A DNA stretch of 64,000 bases. It comes from an uncultured Acidobacteriota bacterium (GTDB lineage Bacteria; Acidobacteriota; Thermoanaerobaculia; UBA5066; DATFVB01). The stretch covers positions 32,001 through 96,000 of the forward strand of contig CAWEYG010000003.1 in NCBI GenBank assembly GCA_963813155.1. Reading direction: 5' to 3'. Positions within the stretch are counted from its first letter, which is position 1; each line of letters opens with the position of its first letter. A program made the translations under genes and the position numbers. Shown here one piece after another: positions 27,124 through 36,068 of this stretch. The notes beneath the pieces were generated by a model, which did not search any database, was not told the DNA's origin, and was given only the letters and a program-made list of their open reading frames with translations.

Positions 27124-28443
27124 ATGGGTCGACTCGGGTTCAAACTCGGCTCGGGACTCTGGCTTGCCATCGTCGTCGCGCTGTTCAGCGCTCCCGCCTA
27201 CGGAATCCCGGCGTTCGCCCGCAAGACCGGGCTTCGTTGCACGAGCTGCCATGAATCCTGGCCGGTTCTGAACGACTTCGGCCGGGCCTACCGGGACAAC
27301 GGCTATCAGCTTCGCCTGGGGAAGGACGATCCCACGACGACGCCGCCGGGCTACTGGCCGGTCGCGATCCGGGTCACCCCCCATTACGAATACAACACGC
27401 TCTCGAATCAGGACACGGATCAGGGTTTGAAGAACTTCAAGACGGGCGGTGTGGCGGACGGCGCCATGGATCTCCTCACCGCCGGCACGGTGACGAACAA
27501 TGTGTCGTTTCTCGTCGTGCCGACAGGCTTCGCCTCGGACGGCTCCGTGAGTCTCGAGTCGTACTGGATTTACCTGACACGTTTCCTCTTCAAGTCCGAC
27601 TGGTTCAACGTTCGGATCGGGAAGCATGAAGTGGACCTCCCGGTTTCGGCGCACCGTTCGATCAACCTCACGAATGGCTACCTGATCTACGGGTACCACC
27701 CGGGGGCCGATTCCGACGCCGGGGCTCCGTTCGACCTCGGAGCCAATCAACGGGGCGTCGAGTTCACCGGGCATGACCGAGGCTCGATGACGCGGTACAA
27801 CTTCACGGTCTTCAATGCGAACGACTCGAGCTCTTCGCGCAACGCGTTTGACTCGGCATCGTTCTACGGACACGTCCAGAAATACTGGCAGTTCGATTCG
27901 ACTGCTCTCTCGGAAGTCGAAGTCGGAGCTTTCGGCGCGTGGGCGAACTATCCGACGACCGCATTCACGTCGGGCGGTGAACCGATTGCCGGGGAGGGCG
28001 GAAATCTCAAGACCACGTCGCGCTATGGAGCCGAGGCCCAGTTCTGGCTCGGGCCTTCCGCCACGCCACTGCACTTCGAGCTTGTCGCGGCACACGGCAG
28101 CGACGAGAGGGGCCTCTACGGCGGAAACGCGAGCCGCAACGGGACCTGGAACGGCGGCTTTCTCGAAGCGGTCTGGGTGCCGGCGAAAGACCTGCTGCAC
28201 TGGGGTCTCTTCGGCCGCTACGACCTGATCCGCAATTCGAATCAACCGATCCCCGGCACTCCAAAGGACTTCGACGACCAGGACCAGATCACCGGCGGAA
28301 TCAAGTACACCTTCAACTACAACAATCGGGCGGAATACGCGCTCCATGCCGAATATCAGACGAACCGGATGAAAAAGATCGCGTCCGACGGATCCGACGT
28401 TCGCGCAAATACCGTTTTCGTGGGCATCGACTTCGCCTTTTGA
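27124..28443 (+). CDS. cyc2: Cyc2-type fused monohaem cytochrome c-porin
   Basis: Signal peptide then IPAFARKTGLRCTSCHESWPVLNDFGRAYRDNGY (PxFAR..CxxCH..P.L..FGR...NGY Cyc2 signature); beta-strand-rich body; C-terminal Phe (GIDFAF). Confidence 0.85.
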   Translation: MGRLGFKLGSGLWLAIVVALFSAPAYGIPAFARKTGLRCTSCHESWPVLNDFGRAYRDNGYQLRLGKDDPTTTPPGYWPVAIRVTPHYEYNTLSNQDTDQGLKNFKTGGVADGAMDLLTAGTVTNNVSFLVVPTGFASDGSVSLESYWIYLTRFLFKSDWFNVRIGKHEVDLPVSAHRSINLTNGYLIYGYHPGADSDAGAPFDLGANQRGVEFTGHDRGSMTRYNFTVFNANDSSSSRNAFDSASFYGHVQKYWQFDSTALSEVEVGAFGAWANYPTTAFTSGGEPIAGEGGNLKTTSRYGAEAQFWLGPSATPLHFELVAAHGSDERGLYGGNASRNGTWNGGFLEAVWVPAKDLLHWGLFGRYDLIRNSNQPIPGTPKDFDDQDQITGGIKYTFNYNNRAEYALHAEYQTNRMKKIASDGSDVRANTVFVGIDFAF

Positions 28444-28453
28444 GGAGGTACCG

Positions 28454-29220
28454 ATGAATCGCTTCGGACAACGAATTCTCGTTCTGGCGATCGGATCTCT
28501 CCTGGTGGGCTCGCTCGCTCTCGCAGCCTTGGGGGCTTCCGGCGATCCGGGGCGCGGCAAGCTCGTGTACCAGCGCTATTGCCTGTCCTGTCACGGCGAG
28601 GCCGGAAACGGAGCGGGTGAGTACGCGGAGTGGACGACCCCGAAGCCGCGGGATTACCGGCAGGGCACGTTCAAGTGGCGGTCGACGCCTTCGGGATCTC
28701 TGCCGACCGACGCCGATCTCGAGAAAACGCTCGAGGGTGGCCTGTACGGAACGGCGATGCCCACCTGGTTCGCGATCGGCCACCGTTCTCGGATGGACGT
28801 GATCTCGTACATCAAGACCTTTTCCGATCGCTGGCAGAAGGAGAAGCCTCAGGCATCGATCGTGATTCCTTCGGAGCCGGCCAACGATTCGGCTTCGATC
28901 GAGCGCGGGAAGGCGCTCTACGTGAAGTATCAGTGCGTTCAGTGCCACGGCGAGAAGGGGCTGGGAGACGGCGCGTCCTCGCACGAGCTCAAGGACGACT
29001 GGGGCAACCCGATCGTCCCGTACAACCTGACGGAGGGGCACATCAAGTGCGGAGACACGCGCAGCGGACATCTACCGCGTATTCATCACCGGGCTGAGCG
29101 GAACTCCGATGCCTTCGTACGCCGATTCCATCAATCAAGGACGACGCCTGGGACCTGGCGCACTTCATCCTCAGCCTGGGCCCTCCTGGTCCGCGGAGGA
29201 CTCCCAAGCAGGGACCCTAG
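28454..29220 (+). CDS. Dihaem class I cytochrome c, frameshifts near 29050 and 29135
   Basis: Signal/anchor; CLSCH + 'GTAMP', CVQCH + 'GTPMP'; reconstructed end '...DAWDLAHFILSLG...QGP' TAG 29218-29220. Confidence 0.85.
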
Positions 29221-29234
29221 GGCAGGGGAGCGCG

Positions 29235-29396
29235 ATGCCATCACCGAAAGTGGAAAACGATGAGGTTCACCGGTACGAGTCTTCCGGAATCGAGGAACGG
29301 CAGGGAAAGATTCCGGCGTGGCTGATTGGGGTGATCGTCGCGCTGACGATCTGGATGGTGTACTACCTTCTTCGTTTCTGGACGCCGCCGCTGTGA
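29235..29396 (+). CDS. Stand-alone CcoP N-terminal (FixP_N-like) membrane microprotein, 53 aa
   Basis: 'VHRYESSGIEERQGKIPAWLIGVIVALTIWMVYY' resembles the CcoP anchor (H.xDGI.E....P.W......TI.W...Y); SD GGGGAG. Confidence 0.65.
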   Translation: MPSPKVENDEVHRYESSGIEERQGKIPAWLIGVIVALTIWMVYYLLRFWTPPL

Positions 29397-29412
29397 GCGG
29401 AACTCGACGCCG

Positions 29413-30832
29413 ATGAGCGAGACGGCGACGAAGGTTCCCGGCGACGAGCTGGTCGATCAGCGAGTCGTCCTCCAATTTCTCCTTTCGGGAGCTTTCTGGC
29501 TCGTCTTCGCTCCCACGATCGGAGTTATTCTCTCGATCAAGTTCAATTACTACGACTTTCTCGGCGGGATTTCGTGGCTGACCTGGGGAAGGCTACGGCC
29601 CGTGCACGTGATGGGCGTGGTTTTCGGCGCCTTCACGACCACGATTTTCGGCCTGACCTATTACATGGTGCCGCGCCTCTGCGGCGTGCGGATGTACAGG
29701 GAAAACTGGAGCCGATGGATTTTCTGGATCTGGAACCTGGGATTCACGGCGGCTCTCGTGTCGCTGCCGCTCGGTCAGAATCTCGGTATCGAGGCGGGAG
29801 AGTTCCCGACCTGGGCGAACATCCTCGTCGAGATCGTCTTCGCGATGATCACGGTTCAGGTGGTCATGACGGTGATCCGGCGCAAAGAGAAGCTTATTTA
29901 CGTCACACTCTGGTACCTGACCGCGGCCTACATCTGGACGACCTTCAACTACGCTTTCGGGCACTTTCTCCTTCCGTTCCATTTCGCCGGCATCAACAAC
30001 GCCGCGATGCACGGTCTCTACATCCACTACGTCGTGGGTTTGTGGATCACGCCGGCCGGGCTCGCGGTGATCTATTACTTTCTTCCGCTCGCGGCGAAGA
30101 CAGCCGCTCTACAGCCACAGGCTCTCGTTGATCGGCTTCTGGTCTCTGGCGTTCTTCTATCCTTTCGTCGGCACCCATCACTACATCTACAGCCCGATTC
30201 CCTACTGGACGCAGACCATCGCGATCGTCGCATCGATGATGCTGATCATTCCGGTGTGGACCGTGATCCAGAACTTCTACGGAACGATGGTCGGGAATTG
30301 GAAGCGCTTCCAGGAGTCGTACACGGCGAAGTTCCTGATCGTCGGCGCGTTTTTCTATCTGTTGGGCTGTTTTCAGGGATCGACGGAGGCCCTCCGCGAG
30401 GTTCAGCGGCTCACGCACTTCACGGATTTCGTGATCGCCCACTCGCATCTGACGGTCTTCGGTACTTTCATTCTCTGGGTCACGGCGGGCCTCTACTATG
30501 TGATCCCGCGCCTTTCGGGCCGTGAGCTCTATTCGAAGAAAGCTGGCCCAGTGGCACTACTGGCTGACGGTCGGAGGGTTCTCGGTCATGGCGGCGACTT
30601 TGACCCTGCAGGGACTCCTTCAGGGCACCGATGCTTCAGGGAGGGGCGGACTTCGTCGACTCGATGGTGGCGATGAAGCCCTACTGGTTCACGCGCACGC
30701 TGGCCGGAATGACGATGGATATCGGCGCATTCTCGGGCATGTGGAATCTCTACCGGACTGCGATGGAGGGAACGCCGATCTCGCGACGCGCAGGCCGTCG
30801 GCGTGTTGGCGCCGGAGCCGCGTTGGACATAG
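29413..30832 (+). CDS. ccoN: cbb3-type (C-family) haem-copper oxidase subunit I, several frameshifts
   Basis: 'WGRLRPVH', 'YIHYVVGLW', 'YPFVGTHHY', 'HFTDFVIAHSHL' across frames 29413, 30128, 30522, 30631; probable stop TAG 30830-30832. Confidence 0.85.
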
Positions 30833-30837
30833 CGCCG

Positions 30838-32584
30838 ATGAAGAGAATCGAGCCGATCATCCTCATCGCAGCGCTCGGCTTCTATGCGCTCGCGATGACG
30901 AGCCAGGGATCCTTCTGCGTGGTTGGAAAAGAAGACGACGCGGCCGGGAACGGTCCGCACGACTCACGGGGGACGATCGTGGCCTCTCCGCGCGCGCACG
31001 CCGTCGGAAGAGAGCGGCCGGAAGATCTACATCCGCGAGGGCTGCTGGTACTGCCATTCGCAATTCATCCGCCCGGTGAATCGCGACACGGACAAATGGG
31101 GCCCGGTTTCGCAGGCGGGGGAAATGGCGTTACGACTTGCCACAGATGCTCGGGACCCGTCGAATCGGGCCCGAGCTCTCGCGCGAAGGGCAACCGGCGA
31201 TCCGACGAGTGGCACTATGCGCACCACTGGAATCCGCGCGCGGTCGAGCCGGAATCGATCATGCCGTCCTTCGACATGGCTTTACCGGAGCGATCCCGCA
31301 CACGATCGGCGGGTGCTCGGGATTTCATCCGAGAAGTTCGACGCGAACCACGACGGCCGTGTAACGAAGAGCGAGCTCGACAAGAACGGCGACGGCAGCG
31401 TGACGCCGGACGAGCTCCCGCCGGACTGGAAACAGCTGGACGTCTGGCCGGTGAACGCCGACGGCACGGTCGGGGACGGAGTCGTCGATATGCACGACTA
31501 CGGCCCGTCAGCCCACAGAGGAGATGGTCGGCGTCGAGGCGTATCTTCAGAAGATCGGAACGTCGATCGGAGACTGGCGAGTCTGGGAGCCGTGGCCGAC
31601 CCAGCGAGCGGCCCGCGCCGACCGAGCCGCTCGCGCTTCGCCTCTCGCGCGGGAAGGTTGATCTTCGAGAAGAAGTGCTCAGGGCTGCCACGGCCTCTTC
31701 GGAAACGGGCGGCTCTGACCGCGGACGCAAAGACGCTCATCGAACTTCAACGACGCGTACCACTTCCTGAACCCGCAGCCGCGAAACTTCACGTTCGGAG
31801 TTTTCAAGAGCCGAACGACGCCCTCGGGCGCGCTTCCCGCGCGACGAAGACATCTTTCGGACGATCACGCGCGGAGTTCGAAATGGCCAGATCATGCCGG
31901 CATGGGGCAATCCCCAGGACGGACACTTTCTTCCGCAGCAGGATCGCTGGGACCTGGTGGACTACGTCAAGACGTTCTCGGATCGGTTCAAGAGGAGCGG
32001 TGATCCCGCCGCCCATCGCGATTCCGGTTCCTCCGTTTCCCACGGTGAAGGAGGCTCCGCCGGAAGTGCTGGGCGAAGGGCGAAGGGTCTTTCGAATTCT
32101 TCAATGCTGGGGCTGTCACGGAATGACGGGAAGGGGAGACGGCCCGTCGGCCTCCGCTCTTCTGGACGACTGGGAGGTTCCGATCCGGCCATTCGATTTC
32201 ACGACGGGGAACTTCAAGTTCGGCGATTCTCCCGCCGACGTCTATCGGACCTTCAACACCGGCTTGAACGGCACGCCGATGCCCTCGTACTACGATTCGA
32301 TCCTCTTTCCCCGCGAAGCCCTTTCCGACATGGGACCGTTTCGGCAGGTTTTCCGCGGAAGGCCCGTTTTTTCCGAAGCGGAGATCGAGGAGCTGAAATC
32401 ATACGTCGCAACCATCCCGACGTCCGAGGAGCTTTCGAAAATGAGCGATCTGGAAAAAGGTGCTCTTGCCGATCGCCGCCGCTGGGCCCTCGTCTACTAT
32501 GCGCTTTCGCTTGCGCGTCCGGCGGGGGCTCCTCCGGTTCCGACCTCCGCGGGATTCCCGGTTCTTGCCTCGAGGAAGAAATAA
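30838..32584 (+). CDS. ccoO: cbb3-type oxidase subunit II fused to an EF-hand insert and a dihaem cytochrome c module, many frameshifts
   Basis: 'GRKIYIREGCWYCHSQFIRP', 'GTRRIGPELSREG', 'WHYAHHWNPR...PESIMP'; DANHDGRVTKSEL/DKNGDGSVTPDEL; CS(G)CH and CWGCH with Met ligands. Confidence 0.8.
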
Positions 32585-32755
32585 ATGGACGTCACGATCT
32601 ATCTGTTCTTCATGGCGCTCCTCATGGCTCTCGCGGCCTGGTGCATCTTTCTCTGGGCGATTCGCGACGGCCAGTTCGGGGACATCGAGGAGCCGAAATA
32701 TCAGATCGTGCCGAGGCCTCCGGCTCCCTCCGGAACAACGCCACCGGTAGGATGA
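32585..32755 (+). CDS. ccoS: cbb3 oxidase maturation protein CcoS/FixS
   Basis: MDVTIYLFFMALLMALAAWCIFLWAIRDGQFGDIEEP, matching the 'FxWAxxxGQFxDxE' signature; not in the ORF track (56 aa). Confidence 0.85.
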   Translation: MDVTIYLFFMALLMALAAWCIFLWAIRDGQFGDIEEPKYQIVPRPPAPSGTTPPVG

Positions 32756-32764
32756 ACCGTCGCC

Positions 32765-33481
32765 TTGCACCATAGCCTTCCCGTATCCGGAGATCTCGGC
32801 CTCGTCTTCCTCGCGTCACTTCTCGGAGGCGTCCACTGTGCCGGGATGTGCGGCCCCTATGTTGCCATTTGCTCGTCCCGAATCGTCGGGCCGAACGCCT
32901 CTTCGCGCCGGGTGAGGAATGCCCTGCGGCTCCTCTTCAATGCCGGTCGGGTTACGACGTACGTCTCGATCGGCGTTCTGGCGGGCGCGTTCGGCCAGAT
33001 CGCTGGAGCCGTCGGCCAGGCGAGAGGCTATCCGGGAGGCGTCGCGATCGCGGCGGGGGTGTTCGCGCTGTTCTTCGCCCTCTCGCTCGCGGGCGCCGCT
33101 CCCTCGGTCGAGAGCCTTGCCGCGAGCCTCGGGCTCAACCGGCTGCTGCGAGCGGGGAGTCTCGAGGCTTTTCATGCCCCACCGTATCTATCGGCATTTC
33201 TTCTCGGAAATCTCCAGGGGCTCTTTCCGTGCGCACTCGTTTACGCAGGCGCGAGCCGTGCGGCCGCCTCAGCATCGCCGGGGAGGGGAGCGCTCACGAT
33301 GTTGGTGTTCGGTCTCGGAACGCTCCCGGCGCTCCTCGCGCTGACCTTCGCTTCGAAGGCCGTGCCGGAATGGATGCGTTCGCGGCGAGGTGCCGCGGGC
33401 CTGGTGGGGGCGCTGGGAATCCTCCTCGTGCTGCGCGGCCTCGCGGGATGGGGACTGATTCCGCACACCCGCCTCTGGTGA
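32765..33481 (+). CDS. DsbD_2 / TauE-SafE-like membrane protein commonly linked to cco clusters
   Basis: 'GGVHCAGMCGP', 'FNAGRVTTY', 'GLFPCALVY', 'FGLGTLPALL'. Confidence 0.85.
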   Translation: MHHSLPVSGDLGLVFLASLLGGVHCAGMCGPYVAICSSRIVGPNASSRRVRNALRLLFNAGRVTTYVSIGVLAGAFGQIAGAVGQARGYPGGVAIAAGVFALFFALSLAGAAPSVESLAASLGLNRLLRAGSLEAFHAPPYLSAFLLGNLQGLFPCALVYAGASRAAASASPGRGALTMLVFGLGTLPALLALTFASKAVPEWMRSRRGAAGLVGALGILLVLRGLAGWGLIPHTRLW

Positions 33482-33509
33482 CTCTTCCGCGCCATATGAT
33501 CATCGGTCG

Positions 33510-34368
33510 ATGAGACTTGCGCTGCCTTCCCGCCTCTCGTCCGGCCTCCCGCTGCTCCTCGATTCCGGAATGGGAACCGAGCTGGAGCGGCGGGGGATGG
33601 AGCTCGATCTCCCGCTGTGGTCGGCGAGGGCGCTTCTTGAGAAGCCGGATCTCGTGCGGGATATCCATCGCGACAACGTCGCGGCCGGCGCCGACATCCT
33701 CACGGCGAACACGTTTCGGACGCAGCGGGGGACCCTGCGCGCCGCGGGTATCGACGAGAGCCGCGCGGGAGCGCTCACGCGATTGGCGGTCTCGCTCGCG
33801 CGAGATGCCGCCCGCGAAGCCGGGCGAGAGGTCTTCGTGGCGGGGTCGGTCGCGCCGCTGGCCGACTGCTACCGGCCCGACCTCGTCGCGGATCGCGCGA
33901 CGTTGGAACGGGAACACGCGGCGCACGTCGAAAATCTGCTGGAGTCGGGCGTCGACCTGATCCTCGTCGAGACCATGAACACCGTCCGCGAGGCCCGATC
34001 GGCGGCCGCCGCGGCGGACGAGCGCGTCCCCGTCATCGTGTCGTTCGTCACGAACGGGTACGGCGCCCTCCTGTCGGGAGAGCCTCTCGCGGACGGGGTA
34101 GGAGCGATTCTGCCCGTCCGGCCCGTCGCGATCGGCGTGAATTGCGTTCCTTTTCCAGCGATTGGAAGCGGAGGTCGGCCGTCTCTCGGCCGCAGCTCCC
34201 GGCGTTCCGATCTCCGTGTACGCGAACACGCTCTCCGGCGACACGACGCCGGAGGCGTACGCGAGCGCTGCGAGGGACTGGGTGCGCGCGGGTGCCCGCA
34301 TCGTGGGCGGATGCTGCGGCACGACACCGGAGCACGTTCGGGCGATTCGCGTCGGAGCGGCCGCGTGA
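33510..34368 (+). CDS. Homocysteine S-methyltransferase family protein, frameshift near 34160
   Basis: 'LDSGMGTEL', 'AGADILTANTF', 'ETM', 'GVNC', then 'YAN...VGGCCGTTPEH' in frame 34162..34368. Confidence 0.85.
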
Positions 34369-34817
34369 GACGCACGCTCGGTTTCCAGGAGCCCGGATCG
34401 CAGCAGACACTTCGCGAGGGCCTGGCGGAATTTCGGGCATCGCTTTCCGACGAAGACCGGCAGGACGGCGCTCTCGCCCGGGATCTTTTGCTTCACGACG
34501 CCTGTCACGTCGTCTTCGGCCTCGGGACGTCGGTCTCGGACGACGCCGTCGTCGACGCCTGGATCGTGTTCGGGACGGACGTTCACGCGCGAAGTTACCT
34601 CCGCGCGCTCTGGAACAGTCGGGCGCTCGGGACGCTCGTCGAGCGCGACGGCGTCGCGCGGGTCGTCGCCGGGCTCGTTCGGGCCATTCCGAGGGTTGTC
34701 TCGACGCTCCGGCGCGCGCGCAAGATGCCCAGAAAATGGCCCTGGTCCGGCGCCGACCGCTATCTCGATTCGCCCCTCGTCGAGATCCGGTCGGAATACG
34801 GGATTCGACTGACGTGA
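34365..34817 (+). CDS. Hypothetical protein with Coq4-like HDxxH motif
   Basis: 'HDACHVVFGLGTSVSDD', 'YLDSPLVEIRSEYGI'; GTG overlaps previous stop. Confidence 0.65.
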   Translation: MRRTLGFQEPGSQQTLREGLAEFRASLSDEDRQDGALARDLLLHDACHVVFGLGTSVSDDAVVDAWIVFGTDVHARSYLRALWNSRALGTLVERDGVARVVAGLVRAIPRVVSTLRRARKMPRKWPWSGADRYLDSPLVEIRSEYGIRLT

Positions 34818-36068
34818 AAATCTCCGACCTGCGTCGCGAAGGTGAGGCGCGCGTCGCGGCGACGGTCGTCTGGGAGGATTCGGATCGGCCGAAACCTCGA
34901 GTTGTTCTTCGAAACGGATCCCGAGTTCGGCGCCGATCTGGAGGCGGACCCGAACGCGTTTCTGGCGGCCGCCTGTTTTCCGGCGATCCGACACGGCGAA
35001 GAACGCATCGCGCTCGAAGGCCCGATCAGTCCGGAACTGCGCGACGGGCTCGGCGCGGTGGCCGGGCTCTTCCGCTCCTGGTACGGCGAAGATCGCCGTC
35101 CGATTCGCATCGAGTCGGACCGGGACGCGGCGGCGTTGTACCCGCGGACGCCGCCGAGGGCTGCCGCGTTTCTCTCCGGCGGGATCGACTCGCTGTTCAC
35201 GCTGAGGTCCAACCGGCTCGGGATTCCCCGGGATCACCCCGCTTCGATTTGCGATCTCGTGTGGCTCGTCGGCAGGGAATTCCCGGGAACCGAGGACTCC
35301 TCCCGGGCCGTCGCGCATGCCCGGCGCCTGCGGGAGAGTCTTGCGGACGTCGCGAGGGATGCCGGAGCGACCCTCGTGCCGGTTCGGACCAACGCGAGGC
35401 GTCTCGAGCCGGATCTCCTGTTCTTCGGATATGAATTCCAGGGCGCGTACGTGGCGAGCGCGGCTCACGTCTTGCGCCGTCGCTTCGACGTCATCTCCTT
35501 CTCTTCCGGGTGGGACATGGCGCATCTGATCCCGTGGGGAACGCACCCCCTGGTCGATCCGAGTCTCGGGACGGAGGCGGTCAGGATCCGGCACGAGGGA
35601 GTCGCCTACGGAAGGGCCGAGAAGCTCTCGCGCCTGGCCGATTGGGACGCCGCGATCCGAAACCTCGTCGTCTGCAACGAGAATCCCTCCGGCGACGCGC
35701 CGAACTGCGGCGAATGCTTCAAGTGCGTCGAGACGATGACCCTGCTCGTTTCCCGGGGCCTCTTCGGGAGCGCGAAACAGTTTCCCGCCTCCGAGATCCG
35801 CGCGGGAATGATCGCGAATCTCACGCTCGCTCCGAACCTCCGGTCGTCGTTTTCCGACTACTCTGCGTTCTGGGAAGCGATGGTTCCCGACCTGGAAGCC
35901 CGCGGGCGAGGGGATCTCGTCCAGGCGATCCGGGACAAGCTGGCCGAGGCGCGGCGCCTGGAGGCGTGGCTTCGCGAACGCGACTGGAAAGGGGTGCTCA
36001 AACGGGCCGATCGCCGCTTCGCCGGAGGTCTGGGGCTTCGGGCGTTGCGGGCGATCCGAAGACGTTAA
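34814..36068 (+). CDS. PP-loop (adenine nucleotide alpha-hydrolase) protein with Cys cluster, frameshift near 34890
   Basis: 'FLSGGIDS', 'PWGTHP', 'VC-x10-CGECFKC'; N-terminus VKISDLRREGEARVAATVVWEDS in a second frame. Confidence 0.7.

Noticed and set aside
30631-30920. CcoN-CcoO fusion
   Set aside because: The in-frame link is Arg/Gly-rich nonsense-like sequence; an alternative frame gives a stop at 30830-30832 just before ATG 30838. Unresolvable without polishing.
33510-34817. 435-aa ORF joining Hcy methyltransferase to the HDxxH protein
   Set aside because: The methyltransferase C-terminus (GGCCG) is in another frame ending at 34368, so the join is a frameshift product.
34814-36068. Calling this queC of the queuosine pathway or a Qat/CBASS defence component
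   Set aside because: Too long, no queD/E/F or defence genes adjacent; queA and queG in the window are unlinked to it.
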